Below, piece by piece: positions 45,601 to 61,700 of a DNA stretch of 64,000 bases. Below the pieces are notes generated by a model. It worked only from the letters and a program-made list of their open reading frames with translations, was not told the origin of the DNA and searched no databases. The stretch comes from the human T2T-CHM13v2.0 reference genome, Homo sapiens. The position numbers and the translations under genes were made by a program. Position 1 is the first letter of the stretch. Each line of letters opens with the position of its first letter. The stretch lies in NCBI RefSeq assembly GCF_009914755.1, contig NC_060945.1. One strand, 5' to 3'.

Positions 45601-48600
45601 AGTACCCAAAGCATGTATTATATACTGTACATAAAATATGAAAGTACATCAAATATATATTTTATTCTGTACATAAAATATCAAAGTACACCAGATATAT
45701 ATTCTATAGTGTACATAAAATATAAAAGTACCCAAACTATACATTATATACTGTACATAAAATATGAAATTACATCAAATATGTATTATATTAGGTACAT
45801 AAAATATGAAAGCATATCAAATATAGATTATATACTGTATATTAAATACCAAAGTACCCCAAATATATATTTTATACTGTACATCAAATATCAAAGTTCA
45901 CAAACTATATATTATATACTGTACATAAAATATCAAAGTACCCATGATATATATTCTATACTGTACAAAAAATATCAAAGTACCCAAAGCGTGTATTATA
46001 TACTGTACATAAAATATGAAAGTATATCAAATATATATTTTATTCTGTACATAAAATATCAAAGTACACCAGATATATATTCTATAGTGTACATAAAATA
46101 TCAAAGTACCCAAACTATACATTATATACTGTACATAAAATATGAAATTACATCAAATTTATATTAGGGACATAAAATATGAAAGTACATCAAATATAGA
46201 TCATATACTGTACATAAAATATCAAAGTACCCCAAATATATATTATATACTCTACATGAAATATCAAAGTTCACAAACTATATATTATATACTGTACATA
46301 AAATATCAAAGTACCCAAGGTATATATTCTATACTGTACAAAAAATATCAAAGTATACAAAGCATGTATTATATACTGTATATAAAATATGAAAGTACAT
46401 TAAATATATATTTTATTCTGTACATAAAATATCAAAGTACACCAGATATATATTCTATAGTGTACATAAAATAACAAAGTACACAAACTGTAAATTATAT
46501 ACTGTACATAAAATATGAAATTACATCAAATATATATTAGGTACATAATATATGAAAGTACATCAAATATAGATTATATACTGTACATATAATATCAATG
46601 TACCCCAAATATATATTTTATACTCTACATGAAATATCAAAGTTCACAAACCATACATTATATACTGTACATAAAATATCAAAGTACCCAAGGTATATAT
46701 TCTATACTGTACAAAAAATATCAAAGTACCCAAAGCATGTATTATATACTGTACATAAAATATGAAAGTACATCAAATATATATTTTATTCTGTACATAA
46801 AACATCAAAGTACACCAGATATATATTCTATAGAGTACATAAAATATCAAAGTACCCAAACTATACATTATATACTGTACATAAAATATGAAATTACATC
46901 AAATATATATTATATTAGGTACATAAAATATGAAAGTACATCAAATATAGATTATATACTGTACATAAAATATCAAAGTACCCCAAATATATATTATATA
47001 CTCTACATGAAATATCAAAGTTCACAAACTATATATTATATACTGTACAAAAAATATCAAAGTACCCAAGGTATATATTCTATACTGTACAAAAAATATC
47101 AAAGTACCCAAAGCATGTATTATATACTGTACATAAAATATGAAACTACATCAAATATATATTTTATTCTGTACATAATATATCAAAGTACACCAGATAT
47201 ATATTGTATAGTGTACATAAAATAACAAAGTAAAAAAACTATTCATTATATACTGTACATAAAATATGAGATTACATCAAATATATATTATATTAGGTAC
47301 ATAAAATATGAAAGTACATCAGATATAGATTATATACTGTACATAAAATATCAAAATACCCCAAATATATATTATATACTCTACATGAAATATCAAAGTT
47401 CACAAACTATATATTATATACTGTACATAAAATATCAAAGTACCCAAGGTATATATTCTATACTGTACGAAAAATATCAAAGTACCCAAAGCATGCATTA
47501 TATACTGTATATAAAATATGAAAATACATTAAATATATATTTTATTCTGTACGTAAAATATCAAAGTACACCAGATATATATTCTATAGTGTACATAAAA
47601 TAACAAAGTACACAAACTATAAATTATATACTGTATGTAAAATATGAAATTACATCAAATATATATTAGGTACATAAAATATGAAAGTACATCAAATATA
47701 GATTATATACTGTACATATAATATCAATGTACCCCAAATATATATTTTATACTCTACATGAAATATCAAAGTTCACAAACCATATATTATATACTGTACA
47801 TAAAATATCAAAGTACCCAAGGTATATATTCTATACTGTACAAAAAATATCAAAGTACCCAAAGCATGTATTATATACTGTACATAAAATATGAAAGTAC
47901 ATCAAATATATATTTTATTCTGTACATAAAATATCAAAGTACACCAGATATATATTCTATAGTGTACATAAAATATCAATGTACCCAAACTATACATTAT
48001 ATACTGTACATAAAATATGAAATTACATAAAATATATATTATATTAGGTACATAAAATATGAAAGCACATCAAATATAGATTATATACTGTACATTAAAT
48101 ACCAAAGTACCCCAAATATATATTTTATACTGTACATCAAATATCAAAGTTCACAAACTATATATTATATACTGTACATAAAATATCAAAGTACCCAAGG
48201 TATATATTCTATACTGTACAAAAAATATCAAAGTACCCAAAGCATGTATTATATACTGTACATAAAATATGAAAGTAGATCAAATATATATTTTATTCTG
48301 TACATAAAATATCAAAGTACACCAAATATATATTATATACTCTACATGAAATATCAAAGTTCACAAACTATATATTATATACTGTACATAAAATATCAAA
48401 GTACCCAAGGTATATATTCTATACTGTACAAAAAATATCAAAGTACCCAAAGCATGTATTATATACTGTACATAAAATATGAAAGTACATCAAATATATA
48501 TTTTATTCTGTACATAATATATCAAAGTACACCAGATATATATTCTATAGTGTACATAAAATATCAAAGTACCCAAACTATACATTATATACTGTACATA

Positions 48601-51600
48601 AAATATGAGATTACATCAAATATATATTATATTAGGTACATAAAATATGAAAGTACATCAGATATAGATTATATACTGTACAAAAAATATCAAAGTACCC
48701 CAAATATATATTATATACTCTACATGAAATATCAAAGTTCACAAACTATATATTATATACTGTACATAAAATATCAAAGTACCCAAGGTATGTATTCTAT
48801 ACTGTACAAAAAATATCAAAGTATCCAAAGCATGTATTATATACTGTATATAAAATATGAAAGTACATTAAATATATATTTTATTCTGTACATAAAATAT
48901 CAAAGTACACCAGATATATATTCTATAGTGTACATAAAATAACAAAGTACACAAACTATAAATTATATACAGTACATAAAATATGAAATTATATCAAATA
49001 TATATTAGGTACATAAAATATGAAAGTACATCAAATATAGATTATATACTGTACATATAATATCAATGTACCCCAAATATATATTTTATACTCTACATGA
49101 AATATCAAAGTTCACAAACCATATATTATATACTGTACATAAAATATCAAAGTACCCAAGGTATATATTCTATACTATACAAAAAATATCAAAGTACCCA
49201 AAGCATGTATTATATACTGTACATAAAATATGAAAGTACATCAAATATATATTTTATTCTGTACATAATATATCAAAGTACACCAGATATATATTTTATA
49301 GTGTACATAAAATATCAAAATACCCAAACTATACATTATATACTGTACATAAAATATGAGATTACATCAAATATATATTATATTAGGTACATAAAATATG
49401 AAAGTACATCAGATATAGATTATATACTGTACATAAAATATCAAAGAACCCAAATATATATTATATACTCTACATGAAATATCAAAGTTCACAAACTATA
49501 TATTATATACTGTACATAAAATATCAAAGTACCCAAGGTATATATTCTATACTGTACAAAAAATATCAAAGTACCCAAAGCGTGTATTATATACTGTACA
49601 TAAAATATGAAAGTACATCAAATATATATTTTATTCTGTACATAAAATATCAAAGTACACCAGATATATATTCTATAGTGTACATAAAATATCAAAGTAC
49701 CCAAACTATACATTATATACTGTACATAAAATATGAAATTAAATCAAATATATATTATATTAGGTACATAAAATATGAAAGTACATCAAATATAGATTAT
49801 ATACTGTACATAAAATATCAAAGTACCCCAAATATATATTTTATACTCTACATGAAATATCAAAGTTCACACACTATATATTATATACTGTACATAAAAT
49901 ATCAAAGTACCCAAGGTATATATTCTATACTGTACAAAAAATATCAAAGTACCCAAAGCATGTATTATATACTGTATATAAAATATGAAAATACATTAAA
50001 TACATATTTTAATCTGTACATAAAATATCAAAGTACGCCAGATATATATTCTATAGTGTACATAAAATAACAAAGTACACAAACTATAAATTATATACTG
50101 TACATAAAATATGAAATTACATCAAACATATATTAGGTACATAAAATATGAAAGTACATCAAATATAGATTATATACTGTACATATAATATCAATGTACC
50201 CCAAATATATATTTTATACTCTACATGAAATATCAAAGTTCACAAACCATACATTATATACTGCACATAAAATATCAAAGTACCCAAGGTATATATTCTA
50301 TAGTGTACAAAAAATATCAAAGTACCCAAAGCATGTATTATATATTGTACATAAAATATGAAAGTATATCAAATATATATTTTATTCTGTACATAAAATA
50401 TCAAAGTACACCAGATATATATTCTATAGTGTACATAAAATATCAAAGTACCCAAACTATACATTATATACTGTACATAAAATATGAAATTACATCAAAT
50501 ATATATTAGGTACATAAAATATGAAAGTACATCAAATATAGATTATATACTGTACATAAAATATCAAAGTACCCCAAATATATATTATATACTCTACATG
50601 AAATATCAACGTTCACAAACTATATATTATATACTGTACATAAAATATCAAAGTACCCAAGGTATATATTCTATACTGTACAAAAAATATCAAAGTACCC
50701 AAAGCATGTATTATATACTGTATATAAAATATGAAAGTACATCACATATATATTTTATTCTGTACATAAAATATCAAAGTACACCAGATATATATTCTAT
50801 AGTGTACATAAAATAACAAAGTAAAAAAACTATAAATTATATACTGTACATAAAATATGAAATTACATCAAATATATATTAGGTACATAAAATATGAAAG
50901 TACATCAAATATAGATTATATACTGTACATAAAATATCAATGTACCCCAAATATATATTTTATACTCTACATGAAATATCAAAGTTCACAAACCATATAT
51001 TATATACTGTACATAAAATATCAAAGTACCCAAGGTATATATTCTATACTATACAAAAAATATCAAAGTACCCAAAGCATGTATTATATACTGTACATAA
51101 AATATGAAAGTACATCAATTATATATTTTATTCTGTACATAAAATATCAAAGTACACCAGATATATATTCTATAGTGTACATAAAATATAAAAGTACCCA
51201 AACTATACATTATATACTGTACATAAAATATGAAATTACATCAAATATGTATTATATTAGGTACATAAAATATGAAAGCATATCAAATATAGATTATATA
51301 CTGTATATTAAATACCAAAATTCCCCAAATATATATTTTGTACTGTACATCAAATACCAAAGTTCACAAACTATATATTATATACTGTACATAAAATATC
51401 AAAGTACCCAAGGTATATATTCTATACTGTACAAAAAATATCAAAGTACCCAAAGCGTGTATTATATACTGTACATAAAATATGAAAGTACATCAAATAT
51501 ATATTTTATTCTGTACATAAAATATCAAAGTACACCAGATATATATTCTATAGTGTACATAAAATATCAAAGTACCCAAACTATACATTATATACTGTAC

Positions 51601-54600
51601 ATAAAATATGAGATTACATCAAATATATATTATATTAGCTACATAAAATATGAAAGTACATCAGATATAGATTATATACTGTACATAAAATATCAAAGTA
51701 CCCCAAATATATATTATATACTCTACATGAAATATCAAAGTTCACAAACTATATATTATATACTGTACATAAAATATCAATGTACCCAAGGTATATATTC
51801 TATACTGTACAAAAAATATCAAAGTACCCAAAGCATGTATTATATACTGTATACAAAATATGAAAATACATTAAATATATATTTTATTCTGTACATAAAA
51901 TATCAAAGTACACCAGATATGTATTCTATAGTGTACATAAAATAACAAATTACAAAAACTATAAATTATATACTGTACGTTAAATATGAAATTACATCAA
52001 ATATATATTAGGTACATAAAATATGAAAGTACATCAAATATAGATTATATACTGTACATATAATATCAATGTACCCCAAATATATATTTTATACTCTACA
52101 TGAAATATCAAAGTTCACAAACCATACATTATATACTGTACATAAAATATCAAAGTACCCAAGGTATATATTCTATACTGTACGAAAAATATCAAAGTAC
52201 CCAAAGCATGTATTATATACTGTACATAAAATATGAAAGTACATCAAATATATATTTTATTCTGTACATAAAATATCAAAGTACACCAGATATATATTCT
52301 ATAGTGTACATAAAATATCAAAGTACCCAAACTATACATTATATACTGTACATAAAATATGAAATTACATCAAATATATATTAGGTACATAAAATATGAA
52401 AGTATATCAAATATAGATTATATACTGTACATATAATATCAATGTACCCCAAATATATATTTTATACTCTACATGAAATATCAAAATTCAAAAACCATAT
52501 ATTATATACTGTACATAAAATATCAAAGTACCCAAGGTATATATTCTATACTGTACAAAAAATATCAAAGTACCCAAAGCATGTATTATATACTGTACAT
52601 AAAATATGAAAGTACATCAAATATATATTTTATTCTGTACATAAAATATCAAAGTACACCAGATATATATTCTATAGTGTACATAAAATATCAATGTACC
52701 CAAACTATACATTATATACTGTACATAAAATATGAAATTACATCAAATATATATTATATTAGGTACATAAAATATGAAAACACATCAAATATAGATTATA
52801 TACTGTACATTAAATGCCAAAGTACCCCAAATATATATTTTATACTGTACATCAAATATCAAAGTTCACAAACTATATATTATATACTGTACATAAAATA
52901 TCAAAGTACCCAAGGTATATATTCTATACTGTACAAAAAATATCAAAGTACCCAAAGCATGTATTATATACTGTACATAAAATATGAAAGTACATCAAAT
53001 ATATATTTTATTCTGTACTTAAAACATCAAAATACACCAGATATATATTCTATAGTGTACATAAAATATCAAAGTACCCAAACTATACATTATATACTGT
53101 ACATAAAATATGAAATTACATCAAATATATATTAGGTACATAAAATATGAAAGTACATCAAATATAGATTATATACTGTACATAAAATATCAAAGTACCC
53201 AAATATATATTATATACTCTACATGAAATATCAAAGTTCACAAACTATATATTATATACTATACATAAAATATCAAAGTACCCAAGGTATCTATTCTATA
53301 CTGTACAAAATATATCAAAGTACCCAAAGCATGTATTATATACTGTACATAAAATATGAAAGTACATCAAATATATATTTTATTCTGTACATAAAATGTA
53401 AAAGTACACCAGATATATATTCTATAGTGTACATAAAATAACAAAGTACACAAACTATAAATTATATACTGTACGTAAAATATGAAATTACATCAAATAT
53501 ATATTAGGTACATAAAATATGAAAGTACATCAAATATAGATTATATACTGTACATAAAATATCAAAGTACCCCAAATATATATTATATACTGTATATGAA
53601 ATATCAAAGTTCACAAACTATATATTATATACTGTACATAAAATATCAAAGTACCCAAGATATATATTCTATACTGTACAAAAAATATCAAAGTACCCAA
53701 AGCATGTATTATATACTGTACATAAAATATGAAAGTACATCAAATATATATTTTATTCTGTACATAAAATATCAAAGTACACCAGATATATATTCTATAG
53801 TGTACATAAAATATCAAAGTACCCAAACTATACATTATATACTATACATAAAATATGAAATTACATCAAATATATATTATATTAGGTACATAAAATATGA
53901 AAGCACATCAAATATAGATTATATACTGTACATAAAATATCAAAGTACCCCAAATATATATTATATACTGTATATGAAATATCAAAGTTCACAAACTATA
54001 TATTATATACTGTACATAAAATATCAAAGTACCCAAGATATATATTCTATACTGTACAAAAAATATCAAAGTACCCAAAGCATGTATTATATACTGTACA
54101 TAAAATATGAAAGTACATCAAATATATATTTTATTCTGTACATAAAATATCAAAGTACACCAGATATATATTCTATAGTGTACATAAAATAACAAAGTAC
54201 AGAAACTATAAATTATATACTGTACATAAAACATGAAATTACATCAAATATATATTAGGTACATAAAATATGAAAGTACATCAAATATAGATTATATACT
54301 GTACATAAAATATCAATGTACCCCAAATATATATTTTATACTCTACATGAAATATCAAAGTTCACAAACCATATATTATATACTGTACATAAAATATCAA
54401 AGTACCCAAGGTATATATTCTATACTATACAAAAAATATCAAAGTACCCAAAGCATGTATTATATACTGTACATAAAATATGAAATTATATCAAATATAT
54501 AATTTATTCTGTACACAAAATATCAAAGTACACCAGATATATATTCTATAGTGTACATAAAATATCAAAGTACCCAAACTATACATTATATACTGTACAT

Positions 54601-57600
54601 AAAATATGAAATTACATCAAATATATATTAGGTACATAAAATATGAAAGTATATCAAATATAGATTATATACTGTACATATAATATCAATGTACCCCAAA
54701 TATATATTTTATACTCTACATGAAATATCAAAGTTCACAAACCATATATTACATACTGTACATAAAATATCAAAGTACCCAAGGTATATATTCTATACTG
54801 TACAAAAAATATCAAAGTACACAAAGCATGTATTATATACTGTACATAAAATATGAAAGTACATCAAATATATATTTTATTCTGTACATAAAATATGAAA
54901 GTACACCAGATATATATTCTATAGTGTACATAAAATATAAAAGTACCCAAACTATACATTATATACTGTACATAAAATATGAAATTACATCATATATATA
55001 TCATATTAGGTACATAAAATATGAAAGCATATCAAATATAGATTATATACTGTATATTAAATACCAAAGTACCCCAAATATATATTTTATACTGTACATC
55101 CAATATCAAAGTTCACAAACTATATATTATATACTGAACATAAAATATCAAAGTACCCAAGGTATATATTCTATACTGTACAAAAAATATCAAAGTACCC
55201 AAAGCATGTATTATATACTGTACATAAAATATGAAAGTACATCAAATATATATTTTATTCTGTACATAAAACATCAAAGTACACCAGATATATATTCTAT
55301 ACTGTACAAAAAATATCAAAGTACCCAAAGCGTGTATTATATACTGTACATAAAATATGAAAGTACATCAAATATATATTTTATTCTGTACATAAAATAT
55401 CAAAGTACACCAGATATATATTCTATAGTGTACATAAAGTAACAAAGTACACAAACTATAAATTATATACTGTACGTAAAATATGAAATTACATCAAATA
55501 TATATTAGGTACATAAAATATGAAAGTACATCAAATATAGATTATATACTGTACATAAAATATCAATGTACCCCAAATATATATTTTATACTCTACATGA
55601 AATATCAAAGTTCACAAACCATATATTATATACTGTACATAAAATATCAAAGTACCCAAGGTATATATTCTATACTGTACAAAAAATATCAAAGTACCCA
55701 AAGCATGTATTATATACTGTACATAAAATATGAAACTTCATCAAATATATATTTTATTCTGTACAAAAAATATCAAAGTACACCAGACATATTTTCTATA
55801 GTGTACATAAAATATCAAAGTACCCAAAGCATGTATTATATACTGTACATAAAATATGAAAGTACATCAAATATATATTTTATTCTGTACATAAAACATC
55901 AAAGTACACCAGATATATATTCTATAGTGTACATAAAATATCAAAGTACCCAAACTATACATTATATACTGTACATAAAATATGAAATTACATCAAATAT
56001 ATATTATATTAGGTACATAAAATATGAAAGTACATCAAATATAGATTATATACTGTACATAAAATATCAAAGTACCCAAATATATATTATATACTCTACA
56101 TGAAATATCAAAGTTCACAAACTATATATTATATACTGTACATAAAATATCAAAGTACCCAAGGTATATATTCTATACTGTACAAAAAATATCAAAGTAT
56201 CCAAAGCATGTATTATATACTGTATATAAAATATGAAAGTACATTAAATATATATTTTATTCTGTACATAAAATATCAAAGTACACCAGATATATATTCT
56301 ATAGTGTACATAAAATAACAAAGTACACAAACTATAAATTATATACTGTACATAAAATATGAAATTACATCAAATATATATTAGGTACATAAAATATGAA
56401 AGTACATCAAATATAGATTATATACTGTACATATAATATCAATGTACCCCAAATATATATTTTATACTCTACATGAAATATCAAATTTCACAAACCATAC
56501 ATTATATACTGTAAATAAAATATCAAATTACACAAGGTATATATTCTATACTGTACAAAAAATATGAAAGTACCCAAAGCATGTATTATATACTGTACAT
56601 AAAATATGAAAGTACATCAAATATATATTTTATTCTGTACAAAAAATATCAAAGTACACCAGATATATATTCTATAGTGTACATAAAATAACAAAGTACA
56701 CAAAATATAAATTATATACTGTACATAAAATATGAAATTACATCAAATATATATTAGGTACATAAAATATGAAAGTACATCAAATATAGATTATATACTG
56801 TACATAAAATATCAATGTACCCCAAATATATATTTTATACTCTACATGAAATATCAAAGTTCACAAACCATATATTATATACTGTACATAAAATATCAAA
56901 GTACCCAAGGTATATATTCTATACTGTACAAAAAATATCAAAGTATCCAAAGCACGTATTATATACTGTATATAAAATATGAAATTACATTAAATATATA
57001 TTTTATTCTGTACATAAAATATCAAAGTACACCAGATATATATTCTATAGTGTACATAAAATATCAAAGTAACCAAACTATACATTATATACTGTACAGA
57101 AAATATGAAATTACATCAAATATATATTATATTAGGTACATAAAATATGAAAGTACATCAAATATAGATTCTATACTGTACATAAAATATCAAAGTACCC
57201 CAAATATATATTATATACTCTACATGAAATATCAAAGTTCACAAACTATATATTATATACTGTACATAAAATATCAAAGTACCCAAGGTATATATTCTAT
57301 ACTGTACAAAAAATATCAAAGTATCCAAAGCATGTATTATATACTGTATATAAAATATGAAAGTACATTAAATATATATTTTATTCTGTACATAAAATAT
57401 CAAAGTACACCAGATATATATTCTATAGTGTACATAAAATATCAAAGTACGCAAACTATACATTATATACTGTACATAAAATATGAAATTACATCAAATA
57501 TATATTAGGTACATAAAATATGAAAGTGCATCAAATATAGATTATATACTGTACATAAAATATCAAAGTACCCCAAATATATATTATATACTCTACATGA

Positions 57601-58770
57601 AATATCAAAGTTCACAAACTATATATTATAAACTATACATAAAATATCAAGGTACCCAAGGTATATATTCTATACTGTACAAAAAATATCAAAGTACCCA
57701 AAGCATGTATTATATACTGTACATAAAATATGAAAGTACATCAAATATATATTTTACTCTGTACATAAAATATCAAAGTACACCAGATATATATTCTATA
57801 GTGTACATAAAATAACAAAGTACACAAACTATAAATTATATACTGTACATAAAATATGAAATTACATCAAATATATATTAGGTACATAAAATATGAAAGT
57901 ACATCAAATATAGATTATATACTGTACATAAAATATCAATGTACCCCAAATATATATTTTATACTCTACATGAAATATCAAAGTTCACAAACCATATATT
58001 ATATACTGTACATAAAATATCAAAGTACCCAAGGTATGTATTCTATACTATACAAAAAATATCAAAGTACCCAAAGCATGTATTATATACTGTACATAAA
58101 ATATGAAAGTACATCAAATATATATTTTATTCTGTACACAAAATATCAAAGTACACCAGATATATATTTTATAGTGTACATAAAATATCAAAGTACCCAA
58201 ACTATACATTATACACTGTACATAAAATATGAGATTACATCAAATATATATTATATTAGGTACATAAAATATGAAAGTACATCTGATATAGATTATATAC
58301 TGTACATAAAATATCAAAGTACCCCAAATATATATTATATACTCTACATGAAATATCAAAGTTCACAAACTATATATTATATACAGTACATAAAATATCA
58401 AAGTACCCAAGGTATATATTCTATACTGTACAAAAAATATCAAAGTACCCAAAGCATGTATTATATACTGTATATAAAATATGAAAATACATTAAATATA
58501 TATTTTATTCTGTACATGAAATATAAAGGTACACCAGATATATATTCTATAGTGTACATAAAATAACAAAGTACACAAACTATAAATTATATACTGTACG
58601 TAAAATATGAAATTACATCAAATATATATTAGGTACATAAAATATGAAAGTACATCAAATATAGATTATATACTGTACATATAATATCAATGTACCCCAA
58701 ATATATATTTTATACTCTACATGAAATATCAAAGTTCACAAACCATACATTATATACTGTACATAAAAAA
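36660..58770 (+). repeat. ~8.9-kb block (36.66-45.55 kb) repeated at 49.9-58.77 kb, offset 13216 bp
   Basis: Fourteen consecutive ORF pairs (37009/50225 through 44640/57856) share an identical 13216 offset and near-identical translations. Confidence 0.92.
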
Positions 58771-61700
58771 TCAAAGTACCCAAGGTATATATTCTATAGT
58801 GTACAAAAAATATCAAAGTACCCAAAGCATGTATTATATACTGTACATAAAATATGAAAGTACATCAAATATATATTTTATTCTGTACATAAAATATCAA
58901 AGTCCACCAGATATATATTCTATAGTGTACATAAAATATCAAAGTACCCAAACTATACATTATATACTGTACATAAAATATGAAATTACATCAAATATAT
59001 ATTAGGTACATAAAATATGAAAGTACATCAAATATAGATTATATACTGTACATAAAATATCAAAGTACCCCAAATATATATTATATACTCTACATGAAAT
59101 ATCAAAGTTCACAAACTATATATTATATACTGTACATAAAATATCAAAGTACCCAAGGTATATATTCTATACTGTACAAAAAATATCAAAGTACCCAAAG
59201 CATGTATTATATACTGTACATAAAATATGAAAGTACATCAAATATATATTTTATTCTGTACATAAAATATCAAAGTACACCAGATATATATTCTATAGTG
59301 AACATAAAATAACAAAGTACACAAACGATAAATTATATACTGTACATAAAATATGACATTACATCAAATATATATTAGGTACATAAAATATGAAAGTACA
59401 TCAAATATAGATTATATAATGTACATAAAATATCAATGTACCCCAAATATATATTTTATACTCTACATGAAATATCAAAGTTCACAAACTATATATTATA
59501 TACTGTACATAAAATATCAAAGTACCCAAGGTATATATTCTATACTGTACAAAAGATATCAAAGTACCCAAAGCATGTATTAGATACTGTACATAAAATA
59601 TGAAAGTACATCAAATATATATTTTATTCTGTACATAAAATATCAAAGTACACCAGATATATATTCTACAGTGTACATAAAATATCAAACTACCCAAACT
59701 ATTTATTATATACTGTACATAAAATATGAAATTACATCAAATATATATTAGGTACATAAAATATGAAAGTACATCAAATATAGATTATATACTGTACATA
59801 AAATATCAATGTACCCCAAATATATATTTTATACTCTACATGAAATATCAAAGTTCACAAACCATATATTATATACTGTACATAAAATATCAAAGTACCC
59901 AAGGTATATATTCTATACTGTACAAAAAATATCAAAGTACCAAAAGCATGTATTATATACTGTACCTAAAATATGACAGTACATCAAATATATATTTTAC
60001 TCTGTACATAAAATATCAAAGTACTCCAGATATATATTCTATAGTGTACATAAAATATCAAAGTACCCAAACTATACATTATATACTGTACATAAAATAT
60101 GAAATTACATCAAATATATATTAGGTACATAAAATATGAAAGTACATCAAATATAGATTATATACTGTACATAAAATATCAATGTACCCCAAATATATAT
60201 TTTATACTCTACATGAAATATCAAAGTTCACAAACCATATATTGTATACTGTACATAAAATATCAAAGTACCCAAGGTATGTATTCTATACTGTACAAAA
60301 AATATCAAAGTACCCAAAGCATGTATTATATACTGTACATAAAATATGAAAGTACATCAAATATATATTTTATTCTGTACATAAAATATCAAGGTACACC
60401 AGATATATATTCTATAGTGTACATAAAATAGCAAAGTACACAAACTATAAATTTTATACTGTACATAAAATATGAAATTACATCAAATATATATTAGGTA
60501 CATAAAATTTGAAAGTACATCAAATATAGATTATATACTGTACAGAAAATATCAATGTACCCCAAATATATATTTTATACTCTACATGAAATATCAAAGT
60601 TCACAAACCATATATTATATACTGTACATAAAATATCAAAGTACCCAAGGTATATATTCTATACTGTACAAAAAATATCAAAGTACCCAAAGCATGTATT
60701 ATATACTGTACATAAAATATGAAACTTCATCAAATATATATTTTATTCTGTACAAAAAATATCAAAGTACACCAGACATATTTTCTATAGTGTACATAAA
60801 ATATCAAAGTACCCAAAGCATGTATTATATACTGTACATAAAATATGAAAGTACATCAAATATATATTTTATTCTGTACATAAAACATCAAAGTACACCA
60901 GATATATATTCTATAGTGTACATAAAATATCAAAGTACCCAAACTATACATTATATACTGTACATAAAATATGAAATTACATCAAATATATATTATATTA
61001 GGTACATAAAATATGAAAGTACATCAAATATAGATTATATACTGTACATAAAATATCAAAGTACCCAAATATATATTATATACTCTACATGAAATATCAA
61101 AGTTCACAAACTATATATTATATACTGTACATAAAATATCAAAGTACCCAAGGTATATATTCTATACTGTACAAAAAATATCAAAGTATCCAAAGCATGT
61201 ATTATATACTGTATATAAAATATGAAAGTACATTAAATATATATTTTATTCTGTACATAAAATATCAAAGTACACCAGATATATATTCTATAGTGTACAT
61301 AAAATAACAAAGTACACAAACTATAAATTATATACTGTACATAAAATATGAAATTACATCAAATATATATTAGGTACATAAAATATGAAAGTACATCAAA
61401 TATAGATTATATACTGTACATATAATATCAATGTACCCCAAATATATATTTTATACTCTACATGAAATATCAAATTTCACAAACCATACATTATATACTG
61501 TAAATAAAATATCAAATTACACAAGGTATATATTCTATACTGTACAAAAAATATGAAAGTACCCAAAGCATGTATTATATACTGTACATAAAATATGAAA
61601 GTACATCAAATATATATTTTATTCTGTACAAAAAATATCAAAGTACACCAGATATATATTCTATAGTGTACATAAAATAACAAAGTACACAAAATATAAA

